Source: Octopus bimaculoides (lineage: Eukaryota). From it: a stretch of DNA of 64,000 nt. Of this stretch, positions 12,865 through 26,129 are shown in pieces; within the stretch, counting starts at the first letter, position 1; every line of letters begins with the position of its first letter. Under the pieces are notes generated by a model that was given only the letters and a program-made list of their open reading frames with translations, made no database searches and was not told the origin of the DNA. The stretch spans positions 96,448,326 through 96,512,325 of the forward strand of contig NC_068986.1 of the NCBI RefSeq assembly GCF_001194135.2, read 5' to 3'. The translations under genes were made by a program, and so were the position numbers.

Positions 12865-14008
12865 TGCCATCATTTTAATGCACACTTTCCCAGTCTTGTA
12901 TGGGTCAGATGGAAGTTGTTTGAGGTAGATTAATCTACAGTTGAACACCCTTCATATCACCTATCCTCACCTTTTAATAAGCAAGGTAATGTTTCCTCAT
13001 GACCAGACGTGTATTCATGACAGGCTATAAATGAAGAATACTGCTTACAATGACCATGACATTCATTTATAACTATCTTGTATTGTCAAGATAAGGAGAC
13101 TTAAACACACACACACACACACACACACAGCTGTAGATTGGTAACCCAGTTATAAACTGGTACTCTGTTCCTGGGGATTGATGGCCTGCCCACCTAGCCA
13201 ATGGGGCAGCATCATTTGAAAGCTAAAACAATGCAATGAAGTGCACTGTGACCAGTGGTGTGTAACAACAGTCGGATCAATATAGTGGTAATATATACCA
13301 TATATGCTGGCATGTGAGCCAATTCAGAATATACACCATGGTGAACTTTTTCAGGTAAAACAATGTTGGTTTTTAATACTACCGGCATACAAGCTGAGAG
13401 CATAACCAATTGAACTCAAGAATAATTTCAGGTTAAGACATATGAACAAACTTCAACAGAACCCCTTAACAAATTATGAATTTATAGTGAAATGGATCAT
13501 CGAAATTATAAGAAAGCTCAGATAATTTTGATGACATCATATAATGAACTTCACATGTAAAACCCAAATGTAGAATGACCTATTGTTGCACTGAAGCAAT
13601 AATAAGATTATTATTAATTTATGAACTGAATAAATAAAACTAAATACACTTAATTTCTTTAATTTTAAACTGAGGTAATTAGTGACAGTGAATCAATAAA
13701 TTACAGCAAACAAATCGTTCCTGTTGTTAGTAGTTTATCATAATGACAAAATGAAAATGAAAGGCAATTACAGGTTATTAAAATGGACAACTAACGTTTG
13801 TAGTCATGTCTCTAATATTCTGAACAGTTGTTCCTCTAATTACAAATGGCTTGCAGTGAAACAGATACTGGTCTTACTAGTTATCCCTCATCAAGATGTC
13901 ACAACAAGGAAAATTAATGAAATATGAAACTGCATTCAAACAGAAAGCTGTACACTATGCCAAAAAATACAACAGCAATGCTACCAGGCATTTCATTGCT
14001 ATTGATAT

Positions 14009-14405
14009 AGGCGTAGGAGTGGCTGTGTGATAAGTAGCTTGCTTATGAATCACATGGTTCCAGGTTCAGTCCCACTGCATGACACCTTGGGCAAGTGTCT
14101 TCTACTATAACCTTGGGCTGACCAAAGCCTTATGAGTGGATTTGGTAGATGGAAACTGAAAGAAACCCGTCTATATATGTATGTATGTGTGCGTATATGT
14201 TTCTGTGTCTGTGTTTGTCCCCGCAACATTTCTTGATAACCGATGCTGGTGTGTTTATATCACTGTAACTTAGTGGTTTGGCAAAAGAGACCAATAGAAT
14301 AAGTACTAGGGTTACAAAGAATAAGTCCTGGGGTTGATTTGCTCAACTAAAGGCAGTGCTCCAGCATGGTCACAGTCAAATGACTGAAACAAGTAAAAGA
14401 GTAAG
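14009..14405 (+). mobile_element. tRNA-derived SINE (family C), full length
   Basis: aggcgtaggagtggctgtgtgataag...ggttcagtcccactgc head, central (TG) tract, tail tgactgaaacaagtaaaaga. Many related copies occur in the window. Confidence 0.85.
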
Positions 14406-14975
14406 TCAAAGAATGACGAAAATTTGGTAAATATGCCAAAAGATGAATGTGCAAATAGGGGCCAGAACCAAAGAAAGAGGCCAGAATTGGAGGGAGCAAT
14501 ATTAAAATGAGTAGAAGACCAAAGACAAAATGGTATGGTGGTGACAAGATCCTTCATCTGTCTACAAGCACTGAAACAGGCTGATAAGAACAAACAGCTG
14601 CCCACAGATTTAAAAGCAACAATAGACTGGTCACTCCAATTAGCCGATTATTGATTTTCATATATATATATATATATAAGATGGCGCCCCAAGTCATTTT
14701 CTTTAGATAAAAAATACATCTTAAAAGATTCTTGAGAACAATTCATGCATGACAGGAAAATAAGCCAATATAACTTTTACAAGGTTAAGATCTGGAACCA
14801 AGTTTTGACTTATATACTGGTATCTATCTGTCTGTCTGCCTGCCTGCCTGTCTGCCTGTCTATCTATCTATCTATATATATACATACACACAAATACATA
14901 TATATATATATATATATATCATAAGATTTTTAAACTTTTAAATTTTCATATTCAAAAGAGACAGAGACTTCAAAT

Positions 14976-15243
14976 TCGATATATCGATTTATTCACCACT
15001 CGATGTTAACATTTCTATGCCAAACTTATCCAGTGACTGGTCCATTGGATTTAGACGTTTGGCACACGAAAGCTAACGATGTCCTAAAGACCTAATAATA
15101 GTTATGCATGTGTTTTTTCGTGTTTTGTTCGAAAGGTAACCACTCCTGAAGAAGTGCCAAACGTCTAAATCCAATGGACCAGTCACTGGATAAGTTTGGC
15201 ATAGAAATGTTAACATAGAGTGGTGAATAAATCGATATATCGA
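14976..15243. repeat. Near-perfect 90-bp inverted repeat with 88-nt spacer
   Basis: 14976-15065 is the reverse complement of 15154-15243 with one mismatch. The right arm runs into an N gap. Confidence 0.9.
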
Positions 15244-16063
15244 NNNNNNNNNNNNNNNNNNNNNNNNNNNNNNNNNNNNNNNNNNNNNNNNNNNNNNNNN
15301 NNNNNNNNNNNNNNNNNNNNNNNNNNNNNNNNNNNNNNNNNNNNNNNNNNNNNNNNNNNNNNNNNNNNNNNNNNNNNNNNNNNNNNNNNNNNNNNNNNNN
15401 NNNNNNNNNNNNNNNNNNNNNNNNNNNNNNNNNNNNNNNNNNNNNNNNNNNNNNNNNNNNNNNNNNNNNNNNNNNNNNNNNNNNNNNNNNNNNNNNNNNN
15501 NNNNNNNNNNNNNNNNNNNNNNNNNNNNNNNNNNNNNNNNNNNNNNNNNNNNNNNNNNNNNNNNNNNNNNNNNNNNNNNNNNNNNNNNNNNNNNNNNNNN
15601 NNNNNNNNNNNNNNNNNNNNNNNNNNNNNNNNNNNNNNNNNNNNNNNNNNNNNNNNNNNNNNNNNNNNNNNNNNNNNNNNNNNNNNNNNNNNNNNNNNNN
15701 NNNNNNNNNNNNNNNNNNNNNNNNNNNNNNNNNNNNNNNNNNNNNNNNNNNNNNNNNNNNNNNNNNNNNNNNNNNNNNNNNNNNNNNNNNNNNNNNNNNN
15801 NNNNNNNNNNNNNNNNNNNNNNNNNNNNNNNNNNNNNNNNNNNNNNNNNNNNNNNNNNNNNNNNNNNNNNNNNNNNNNNNNNNNNNNNNNNNNNNNNNNN
15901 NNNNNNNNNNNNNNNNNNNNNNNNNNNNNNNNNNNNNNNNNNNNNNNNNNNNNNNNNNNNNNNNNNNNNNNNNNNNNNNNNNNNNNNNNNNNNNNNNNNN
16001 NNNNNNNNNNNNNNNNNNNNNNNNNNNNNNNNNNNNNNNNNNNNNNNNNNNNNNNNNNNNNNN

Positions 16064-16124
<61 letters not shown>

Positions 16125-16169
16125 GTATATATATATATAAATGTGCGCATGTGCATGTGTGTGTACGTG

Positions 16170-16280
16170 TATGTATGTATGTATGTATGTATGTCTATCT
16201 ATCTATCCATCCATCCATCCATCCATCCATCCATCCGTCCGTCCGTCCGTCCGTCCGTCCGTCCGTCCGTCCGTCCGTCC

Positions 16281-16347
<67 letters not shown>
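16170..16347 (+). repeat. Compound tetranucleotide microsatellite TATG-TCTA-TCCA-TCCG-TCTG-TCTA
   Basis: Read directly from the sequence. Confidence 0.95.
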
Positions 16348-16348
<1 letters not shown>

Positions 16349-16491
16349 GTGATGCCGGTGTGTTTACCTCACCGTAATATATACATACATATATATATAT
16401 GGGAGAATATACGAAAAAACAACAACAGACGAGGACAGGTGGTGTAAATAACAAAAGGATGTATTAGTATGACGCTCGGGAATACGGAAAG

Positions 16492-16528
16492 TCTTTGACG
16501 TTTTGAGCTACGCTCTTCAACAGAAAGA
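16492..16528 (-). ncRNA. Degenerate hammerhead-ribozyme-like motif in a Penelope/retrozyme-like repeat
   Basis: Minus strand TCTTT-CTGTTGA-A-GAGC GTA GCTC-AAAA-CG-TC-AAAGA. Same family as 47587 and 48022. Confidence 0.4.
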
Positions 16529-16748
16529 ATACGGAGACAAGGAGAAAAACACGGAGAAAAAAAATTGAATAATGTCCAGTCAACGATATATATACATATA
16601 TATATATATATATATTATATGTATGTGCATATTTATGTGTATATATATATNNNNNNNNNNNNNNNNNNNNNNNNNNNNNNNNNNNNNNNNNNNNNNNNNN
16701 NNNNNNNNNNNNNNNNNNNNNNNNNNNNNNNNNNNNNNNNNNNNNNNN

Positions 16749-16856
16749 AATGACCTGTCATTTTTTGCCTGTCCTTCTAATTGTTGTTTCACTTGTCTAC
16801 CTTTGTATTGTCTCTCTGTCCGAGCGTTTTAATGCCCTCTATTGTGTTTTTGTTCC

Positions 16857-16910
<54 letters not shown>

Positions 16911-17335
16911 CGGCATATGTATGACTCTTACTCTCTCTTTTATTCCCCCTCTCATTTTCCTTCCTTTTTCTCGCTCTCTTCCTCTCTCACTTTTCTTGAC
17001 CTGACCATCAACACCTCTTGTGTCCATCTCCCATGTTCCTGCCTTTAGGCTTTCACTTTATACACGCCAGCTCAATTTGATTCATTTTCAGTCGAAAGAT
17101 GCCTGTTGTTATTTCTTCTTGTTTGTATTCGTAATTTTGTACCATGTTCTCCATTTTTTGTTTGTTTATTTTTTTGTCTTTCGTTATGACTTCTGGGACT
17201 TCACTGATGAAAGAAAGCCATGAATGACCTGTCATTTTTTGCCTGTCCTTCTAATTGTTGTTTCACTTGTCTACCTTTGTATTGTCTCTCTGTCCGAGCG
17301 TTTTAATGCCCTCTATTGCGTTTTTGTTCCATATA
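16749..17335 (+). repeat. Direct repeat with ~472-bp period
   Basis: 16749-16860 is almost identical to 17221-17332. The first copy abuts a gap. Confidence 0.75.
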
Positions 17336-17534
17336 TATTTATATATAGTAAATCCCCACCCCCAAAAGAACAACAAACATAAAAAAAGCAACGTGAGGAC
17401 GTGGTATGTTTAAAGTATTAGCAGATGCTCAGGGAAGGAAAGAGAGATGGTTTAATGTTTTGAGTAAGTCCAATAGAAAGGAAGACGGAGGAAGAAAATT
17501 GTCAACAATTCACCTGTGGTTACATATATATATA

Positions 17535-17880
17535 TTCATCTTTTACCTTCTATCTTTCACTTGTTTAAGTTGCTGGACTATGGTCATGCTGGGGCACCAA
17601 CTTGAAAGTCTTTTAGTCAAACAAATTGACCCTAGTACTCATTAAAAAAAAATCCTAGTGCTTATTCTATTAGTCTCTTTTGCCAAGGTGCTAAGTTATA
17701 GGGACATACACGAACCAACACCAGTTGTCAAGTAGTGGTGGGAGACAAACACACACATGCACATAGATATATACGTTGGGCTTCTTTCAGTTTCTGTCTA
17801 CCAAATCCACTTACAAGGGCCATGCAGTGGGTCTGAGCTCAGAACCATGTGATTTAGAAGCAAACTTCTTACCACACTGC
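17535..17880 (-). mobile_element. SINE family C, decayed
   Basis: Reverse complement of the 14009-14405 motifs (cttctttcagtttctgtctaccaaatccac). Confidence 0.75.
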
Positions 17881-18849
17881 CACACACACATGTATATATG
17901 TATACACGCACATGTACACACGTGCACAGACACACACACACACACATACAAAGATATGTTCATATATAAATATATATACATGTATGAATTCACATACACT
18001 CACACCATATTTTCATGTACTGCTTCCTACTGCAGTATATCATACTGTCTAATGCTCACACACACACACACACAAACAATCATACATAATGCTTATTAGC
18101 AATCATTTGAAATTCACTCTGCATTCTGCTTGGATTTAAAACCATCAACATGATTTGTCAGAAAATTACTTACGTCAATCTCACCCACTCCCATCTTTCC
18201 AAACCACTTTCCTGCTGAGCTTGAGTGTTTTTTTTTTTTTTTTTTTTTTTTTGACTGGTACTTTTTAGTGTGTGTTCTTAATGTATTTTCATTTGTGTGA
18301 CTGAAAGATCTATGACTGCTTGGAATGGTGACATTCATCCTGCTTAACAAGAGTAAAGAGAGAATAACTTCCGATTACTCTCAACATGTCCATTTATACC
18401 TGGATCTTGTTAAATTATTTACCTTAATTTGCTTTCAGCAGTTTCATGCTAGTTTATGTTGCAATACTAAGTGCATTTCTATATGCCTGAGGCATGTTCA
18501 ATATTATCTTTCTTTGTATGGAATTGTGATTGTAGACTGCATCTGTTTTGTTTTGTTGTGAGATTTGCTTGGTTGTTTCTGTTGTTTCATCTTTTACTTT
18601 GTGTAGAATTATGTACTATGTGACCAAAGCTGGCCTTAGGTTTTCCGGCACCCTGGGTAAACAGAATTTTAATGTCTTTTGAAGTATGTTTTAAATATTT
18701 CAAAAACTGCAAATTTAGGAATTGCAGCAGGCTATGAAATAATATAAAAGAAATTTAAGATGCAGCCCACATAAAGACTAGCTGAACAGAGATGGCTCAG
18801 TGTTGTTGAAAAAAAAAACATTGAATGAAAGTTAATATTTTATCGGAGT

Positions 18850-19520
18850 ACTACTTCTGTGGTTCCAGACAGTGTTTTCAAACTGATAGAAATGGTATAT
18901 TGCTAAGATTTCTTATTCAGCTCAACAAAAGTCTCATGGTTTGAGATTCCTAGGAGTTGTTTCAGTTTTGTGTTGTTATCTCAGTGTCTATGGGAAAAGA
19001 AACTGAGTAGGTTAGCTGCTCAATTTATCTGATGTCAAGCAAATGAGCAAGGAAATTCTTTTCAATTTCGTCTTATATCTTCAAAATAAATGTCAGATTA
19101 TTGGTCTATGACTGGTGTAAATTAATTATATGAGAACAGCGAAACACCAAAATGTCACCTGAAAATGTTACTACATCTATTTTCTTATTTCTGGCATTAA
19201 GTTCAGTTTGCAGTGTTAGTCTGACTGTTCCATTGTATACTTTTCTAATTGTCTCTCCATTTCTATGTGTTGCATTTGTTCTTAAATATTAGTATGAGAG
19301 TTTTGGGTCTAATTCTCTGATTTCAGTGACTGAATCAAATTCAATATTCTCAGTTTTAGTTAATTTGCTTCTTCTAATAGAATATTTGGCATATACATCT
19401 AGTACCATACTCTCTTTTATATCCTGGATGAATTCATGAGTAATTTTTTTTGTCGGTTCCCCAACAGAATTATGTCTCTTGTAAACAGGGTTAAGTGATT
19501 TTTTATAGAGAAAATGGTTC
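18850..19520 (-). mobile_element. Highly degenerate R4/Dong RT fragment
   Basis: THEFIQDIKESMVLDVYAKYSIRRSKLTKTENIEFDSVTEIRELDPKLSY*YL...RLTLQTELNARNK aligns by eye to the 6780-6968 segment and the following R4 RT region. Confidence 0.6.
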
Positions 19521-21177
19521 ATAATTTGTTTGTTGCATATAAATGCCAGTTTACTTGTTTATCCCAAATAAAATATAAATGTTATTTTCCACTTTTTCAC
19601 CTAACAACCACACTGAGACTAGACTGTACAAATGCATGTGGCATGGAAACAGTCAGGAAGCAACATCACTTACTTAATGTTCTTAGATCACTTTAATATT
19701 GATGTGAATCCTTCTGAGTAATTATGAGGTGCAGGTCTGATTTGGATGGGGTGGTGGTGGCAGTCCTGTTTCAGAGAGATAAATACAGTTGGTAGTGGTT
19801 TTGGACATGAACAGCATTGAAGGTAGTGCCTTCAAACTAGTATCCATTTATACCATGACTGGGTCAGGGTGACAAGACTTCTTCAGGCATGTAGAAACAT
19901 TCTTGCAAACATCCTGTACATTAATATTAGTGGGTGATTGGACTAGCATCTTAGAAACACATTGAAGATGTATGGAAGTAACCAATAGAGGAAGGGATGG
20001 CAAAGTCTCCCATGCTCAAACAGTTCCAGTGATCTGATAGGTACCTAATAAATTTATTAAACGTGCTAATGTGAACTTGGACAAATTAAAGTGGATTATC
20101 CAGGTTGTATGAGTTTTTGTTAGGGCAGCAGATAAATTTAGTGTAGAGTATCCACAGTTTTGTGGGGGGGGGGGTTACCAACACAGATTTTTGTGATCTA
20201 CATGGTCAACCTAGATAAGACACAGGCAGAGACTCAGTTACTGGAAGTTAAATGTGTCATTCTCAATGCAAAATGCCTACAGTAGTCAGATTAGCTGATG
20301 GAAGTTGATGGGGTTCATTGTCACAGCAAGTGGTGGGTTTCCCTCAAGAGTGCTATTAGTGAAGAATTGATAGGGTCTAGCAAAATGTCAATGACAGAAA
20401 AATTGATTGAGGGAAAGATATTTAGTAGCCTAGAAGAGGTGTTGGTAGCATGCTGTGCTGTCATGGCTACCATACTTGTTATAAAGATGGCACTTGATTG
20501 ACCATTTCTTTAATGCAAAACATGAGTGTTTGTATTGTCAGAGCTAATGCACATATTCATTGTTGTAAGGGAGCAAAGGCTGTTTGATGAGCCAAAATAA
20601 CAAAGGTGTAATGTGACAAGACCACAATGTGGTATTTCATGAACATGTGCTCTTCAATTCTAGGAAGATGCATGCAATTTTTGAGCAGCATTTTTACTTT
20701 TTGGGATAAATGGTGGGCCAAAGATGTTGACTTTCATAGCTCATGTGAATACTTGTTGTGACTCTCACCAGGGATAGTGGTGGAGTGTTGAAAATGGCTG
20801 ATAATTGATGCTGAGTCATGCAAAGCCTTATGTGCTTGTGTAAAGGGAAAATTGCCATATTTAGAGGTCTGCCCTCTGAGCTTTGCATATAAATGCCAGA
20901 CTTGTTTGCTGCAGTCTTGACTTCAGCATTCATCAGAATAGGAGAATTCCTAATTCTGTGAGTCACGGAGGGACAGTACTGTGGAGAAAGGATAGGAACA
21001 AGAGGGATATCATCGATAATTTGAGGCCCATAACTCTGCTAAATACATAGTTTATGATTTTGGCCAAGGTGCTTAAGAGGAGGTTGACGCTTGTCAGTAG
21101 TGTCATGGAAAATGCATAAATTCATATAATTACCAACAAATCCATCTACAACCTCCACCTTATGCAATACATCATAC

Positions 21178-21477
21178 ATCATCATCATCATCATCATTGT
21201 TTAACATCCGCTTTCCATGCTAGCATGGGTTGGACGATTTGACTGAGGACTGGCAAGCCAGAAGGCTGCACCAGGCTCCAATCTGATCTGGCAGAGTTTC
21301 TACAGCTGGATGCCCTTCCTAACGCCAACCACTCCGAGAATGTGGTGGGTACTTTTATGTGCCACCGGCACGAGGGCCAGTCACACGGTACTGGCAACGA
21401 CCACATTCAAAGAGGTGTTTTTACGTGCCACCTGCACGGGAGCCAGTCCAGTGGCACTGGCAACGACCTCGCTCGAA
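21178..21477 (-). mobile_element. RTE LINE 3' terminal fragment
   Basis: (CAT)n followed by gtttaacatccgctttccatgctagcatgggttgg, matching 11120-11410. Confidence 0.85.
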
Positions 21478-21504
21478 ATAGGGTAGGCAATATGTAATTC
21501 TCAA

Positions 21505-21722
21505 AGGCGGTGAGCTGGTAGAAAGGTTAACACACTGGGCGAAATGCTTAGCAGTATTTTATCTGTCTTTACGTTCTGAGTTCAAATTCTGCCAAGGTCG
21601 AATTTGCCTTTCATTCTTTTGGGCTCAATAAATTAAGTACCAGTTGCATACTGGGTCGATCTAATAGACTTGCCACCCCTCCCCCACCAAAAAAAAATTT
21701 CGGGCCTTGTGCCTACAGTAGA
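21505..21722 (+). mobile_element. tRNA-derived SINE family A
   Basis: ggcggtgagctggtagaa...ctgagttcaaattctgcc...aattaagtaccagttg. Paralogs at 25835-26030, 32370-32585 and 56190-56390. Confidence 0.8.
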
Positions 21723-22614
21723 AAACAATATGTAATTCTCAAGAAGACACACCCATTTCAATGAAACTGGGAGTCTGGAAGCATAATGTGTATATATGTA
21801 TACACAACTGCTCCTTCTCTTTCTCCTGCTGGCTATTATATTATTATCATTATTTTTATTATTATTCTATTCTCTTTACCCCACCAGTCCCACCCTCTTT
21901 TCTGCACAGTTAGAATGTAAAGAACCAGAACAAATATTGCAAAGCAATTTTTCCATCTCTCTAACAGTTATGCCAGCTCACTGATAATGGTTTCTGATTG
22001 AGGCACAAGGCCAGCTACTTTGATTAAATCAATGCACAGTACTTAACTAGTACTTCATTTCATCAGTCCCAGAAGGATGAAAGGCAAAGTTGACTTTGGT
22101 GAAATTTGAACTAGGAATGTAAATAGGAGGGCTAAATACTGCATGACATTTTCTCTGACAGCCTATTGGTTCTAGTTCATAAAATAGGTACCAGTTAGAT
22201 ACTGCAGATGATTTAATTGTCTGTGCCCTCCCACTTAATTTGTGGCCTTATGCCTATGTTAGAAGTGGGACAAAACAGCAGCAGTAACAACAACAACAAC
22301 TGCTAATTCAACATTATTTCCACAGGAAGCAGGCTACCACCAACATCACTACCATCACTATCTCTGTCACTATTGCTATTTCATTATAGTACCTGCCACA
22401 GTTACAGTCCCAACATGAAATAAGATCCTTTCTATGGTTAAAGAAGTGATGAAGTGTTCTTTCTAGAGTTTCAATGGTTGAAAGATGTGGGTGCTTAATG
22501 TTCAGGACAGAAGAACTATTTGTTTCTTCTTTACAACTTCCTGTCTTTGACAACCATCCTCTCCCAATACCAATGACATAAAATAGACATCAGTCTGTCA
22601 AAATGTAAAGGGAA

Positions 22615-22652
<38 letters not shown>

Positions 22653-23354
22653 AAGCATGTGAGTGTAAATAGTAGGTGTTCACAGAAGCTGTTGTTTTTG
22701 TTTAGTTCCATCTCAGTCTTGATCAAAATAACCCAATGATAAAATATATTTTAATTGTGACACCTCATTGTTTATCTAACTTGTTCATTTGCTTTTACAT
22801 CTCTTTTTCCCTGCTAGCATGGGTTAGATGAATATATTATTGAGATATTGTTTCACAGCCAGATATCCTTCTTGTTGCTAATTATCATTTGTTTTTCAAG
22901 TAAGGATCTATTTCACATGTTTTCAAAGGCACGTAGAGCATTTGTTAAGAAAAATGATAGCAGCAAAACTGCTCTTGCTTGTGACTTTCACACAGTGTAT
23001 GTATAAACAAACACACAGATTCATGCATACACATATGATGGGCTTCTTTCAGTTTCCATCTACTAAATTCACTGACAAAGCTTTGGTCAACCTGAGAGCT
23101 ACAGAAGAAAACACTTGCTCAAGTTGGTACACAGTAGGACTGAACACAAACCCACAATGTTGGGGACTGAACACAGCCATGCCTGCACCTAATTATATAT
23201 TCATCTAATGTTCTTTCTTTATTCAAGATAATAAGGAATGATATGAGATACAAGTGGCTACTCTTTTTAGTAGACCAAGCAGCTATGTAGAGGTTCCCTT
23301 GATGACTTAATGCACTAGATGAAGGTAAAAAAAAAATAGTTGTTGTTACTGTTT

Positions 23355-23780
23355 AACCTTTGACACCTTCTTTGTGATGTTCAGTCTTTTGTATTCAGCC
23401 TTCATCACTTCTTGCCATATCTTCCTCAATAATCTTCTGCTAGAGGATCATTTCATGTGGATCACTTGGCAATTCTTTACACAACTGTCATTTTCCACAT
23501 GCTTCACATGACTGTACTAACACAGTCTTTTCTGTTGCACACAGCATCTTGTTCCTGTAATATACAGTTTTCCTCTCAGTTCATTTATTCTCCATCATTC
23601 ATGCACACTAACATTACACATTCAGCAGGGCATGCTTGTTGATTTCTTGCCAGCCTTTACTCATCATTTCCATTGAATGCCCATGTTTCATTATGATGTA
23701 TCACATTTTGCACACAAATATTAGACAATCTGGTCTGAGCACCAATCTGTCTGTATCTCTTATACACATTTTCATGTGTT
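23355..23780 (-). mobile_element. Degenerate RTE RT C-terminal fragment
   Basis: Co-linear with 11700-12060 with many substitutions. Confidence 0.6.
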
Positions 23781-23889
23781 CTTCTGCATTAGACTTAGCT
23801 CTGTGGTTAAGAAGCTTGCTTTCCAACTGCATGGTTTCAGGTTCAGTTCCACTGTATGATACTTTGAGTATCTTCTGTGTATATGTATA

Positions 23890-23941
<52 letters not shown>

Positions 23942-24168
23942 AACAAGGAAGGAAATAACAGAGGCCACAGAGGACATAGAGAGTAATCTTTCATCTTCTT
24001 GAGAACAACATCTGTAGTGAAGATAGCATGATAAAATGTACCCAAAGTTGTGTGATAGTCAGGGCATCTAGCTATAAAAATCTTGCCAAAAGCATTACAC
24101 AACAAAAATGGCTGGTTTTCTCTGTTGCCTGAGTATGCTAGATGCTGAAGGATTGTAATGCTTGGCAA

Positions 24169-24361
24169 CATCATCATCGTTTAATGTCCGCTTTCCATGC
24201 TAGCATGGGTTGGATGATTTGACTGAGGACTGGTGAACCAGATGGCTACACCAGGCTCCAATCTGATTTGGCAGAGTTTCTACAGCTGGATGCCCTTCCT
24301 AACGCCAACCACTCCGAGAGTGTAGTGGGTGCTTTTACGTGCCACCGGCACGAAGGCCAGT
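24169..24361 (-). mobile_element. RTE LINE 3' terminal fragment
   Basis: catcatcatcgtttaatgtccgctttccatgctagcatggg, near-identical to 36311 onward. Confidence 0.85.
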
Positions 24362-24422
24362 AGAGAAATTCATCCAATCTATGCAAACATAGATAACCTG
24401 ATGTAAAAGGATGGTGATGATG

Positions 24423-24460
<38 letters not shown>

Positions 24461-24733
24461 ACAAGCACACACATACATGCCTACATATACACATACATAT
24501 GTATACAAAGATTAAGGAGACTAAAAATCCAAAGTAGACTCTATACAATTAAATATAAGTGTAGAAGCAAGTAGATATATTTTTTAGATCTTGTTTTCAC
24601 AAACTGATCTGAAATGGAATGTTTTGAAAATACAAACTCAAAACTACTTAGTTTCAGATGAGCTACTATATTTAGTGAAAGCAGAGTTTCTTTACAAAAA
24701 CATTAAGTTTGTAAAATATAGTTCTATATATTG

Positions 24734-24777
<44 letters not shown>

Positions 24778-25834
24778 GCATGTGTTTGTGCGCGCATGTG
24801 TGTGTGTGTGTGTGTGCATGTATATTTGTGTACAAATTCATACAAATAAGCAAATAATATAATTTCTTACTAAATTAAAGGTTAAAAAAATAAAGATAAT
24901 TAATGCTCATACAAAGTGGTTGAAAATGAAATAACACATGAAGAGTTTGGCAGAATAATTTTTATGAGAAGAAAAAACAACAACAATAACATCAACAATA
25001 ATGTACAGAAATATGAAGAAAAAAGTGAGCCTCAATCTGCTGTAAATAGCAGTCAAATACCCTCAGATCACACTCTAATGTCTTAAATAAGGGAATAATA
25101 TATTTGATAATGTAGTCCTGGATACCTCGAAAAAGCTGGGATGGCCACAACTGGAATGCTTTCAAATATAAATCTTTTAAATCATGGTTGGTCTGAGGCT
25201 AAACAACAACAACAACAATTATTAATCATCGCAACTACCACTAACAACATCATTTAATTGCAATTACAACCTCTATCTTCAACCATCACCACAACCACAA
25301 TATGAAATATACCATCACATCCATTACAATCATGTCACCACCATTACTACACCATAGCTGCTGCTGCTGCTGCTGCTACTACTACCCTGCAACCACCATC
25401 ACCAACATCACAACCACCATTACTACTACTACTTACTACTACTACTACTACTACTACTACTACAAAATCTGTCAAGGCATTAAATAATTGCATGAATGAC
25501 ATTAAACAGAAAATTGAAAGATAAAATCATGGTAAAAAAAAATAAAATCTGGTTGAAAAATATATAGAGATAATATAAAGCCATAAGACAAGAATTAAAC
25601 TTCCTAATAAAAATTAAGATAATTATTTAATGGGAAAAAATATATAAACTTGAACAAATATTTTTTGGTGTAGCATTTTCATTTTATTATTGTGTATGAA
25701 TATTTGATATTTGATATTTTACTTTATACTCTTCATGTCTTTATATTTAATATTTACTTCATTTCCTTTTATAATTTATATGTATTTTTAATTTTAATTT
25801 TATATTATATTTGATTTAATATTATTAGATTATC

Positions 25835-26030
25835 AATGTGGCAAGCTGGCAGCAATGTTAGCATGCCGGGCGAAATGCGTAGTGATATTTTTACGTCCTG
25901 AGTTCAAATTCCGCCGAGGTCAACTTTGCCCTTCGTCCTTTCAGGGTCGATAAATTAAGTACCAATTGCATACTGGGATTGATCTAATTAGCTGGCCCGC
26001 TCCCCCAAAATTCAGGGCTTTGTGAGTAGA
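25835..26030 (+). mobile_element. SINE family A
   Basis: gcaagctggcagcaatgttagcatgccgggcgaaatgc...gagttcaaattccgccgaggtc. Confidence 0.8.
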
Positions 26031-26129
26031 AAAGAATATTAATAGATTATTGTTTTATTTTAGACTGCTTCAAGGAGCAGTAGCTCTGTATAAAAACTGT
26101 TGCAAGAACTCTTTAATCTTACTTTAGAT

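Noticed and set aside
15144-15170. CTGAAGA...CAAACGTC hammerhead-like string in the inverted repeat
   Set aside because: No helix II, G12 is missing and there is no helix I pairing.
18114-18350. Minus-strand ORF with good acceptor and GTAAGT donor
   Set aside because: It spans a poly-A run of more than 25 nt, which is unlikely in coding sequence. The frame is ambiguous.
19289-19522. 77-aa ORF as a host-gene exon
   Set aside because: Better explained as a decayed R4/Dong RT segment.
19700-20960. Possible ancient LINE endonuclease or transposase remnants
   Set aside because: Only isolated weak motifs (for example MGDFA). Too degenerate to call by eye.
22314-22594. Minus-strand ORF (GIGRGWLSK...HHFFNHRK)
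   Set aside because: The good acceptor gives stops in all frames, the C-terminal part is a simple repeat, and no homology was recognised.
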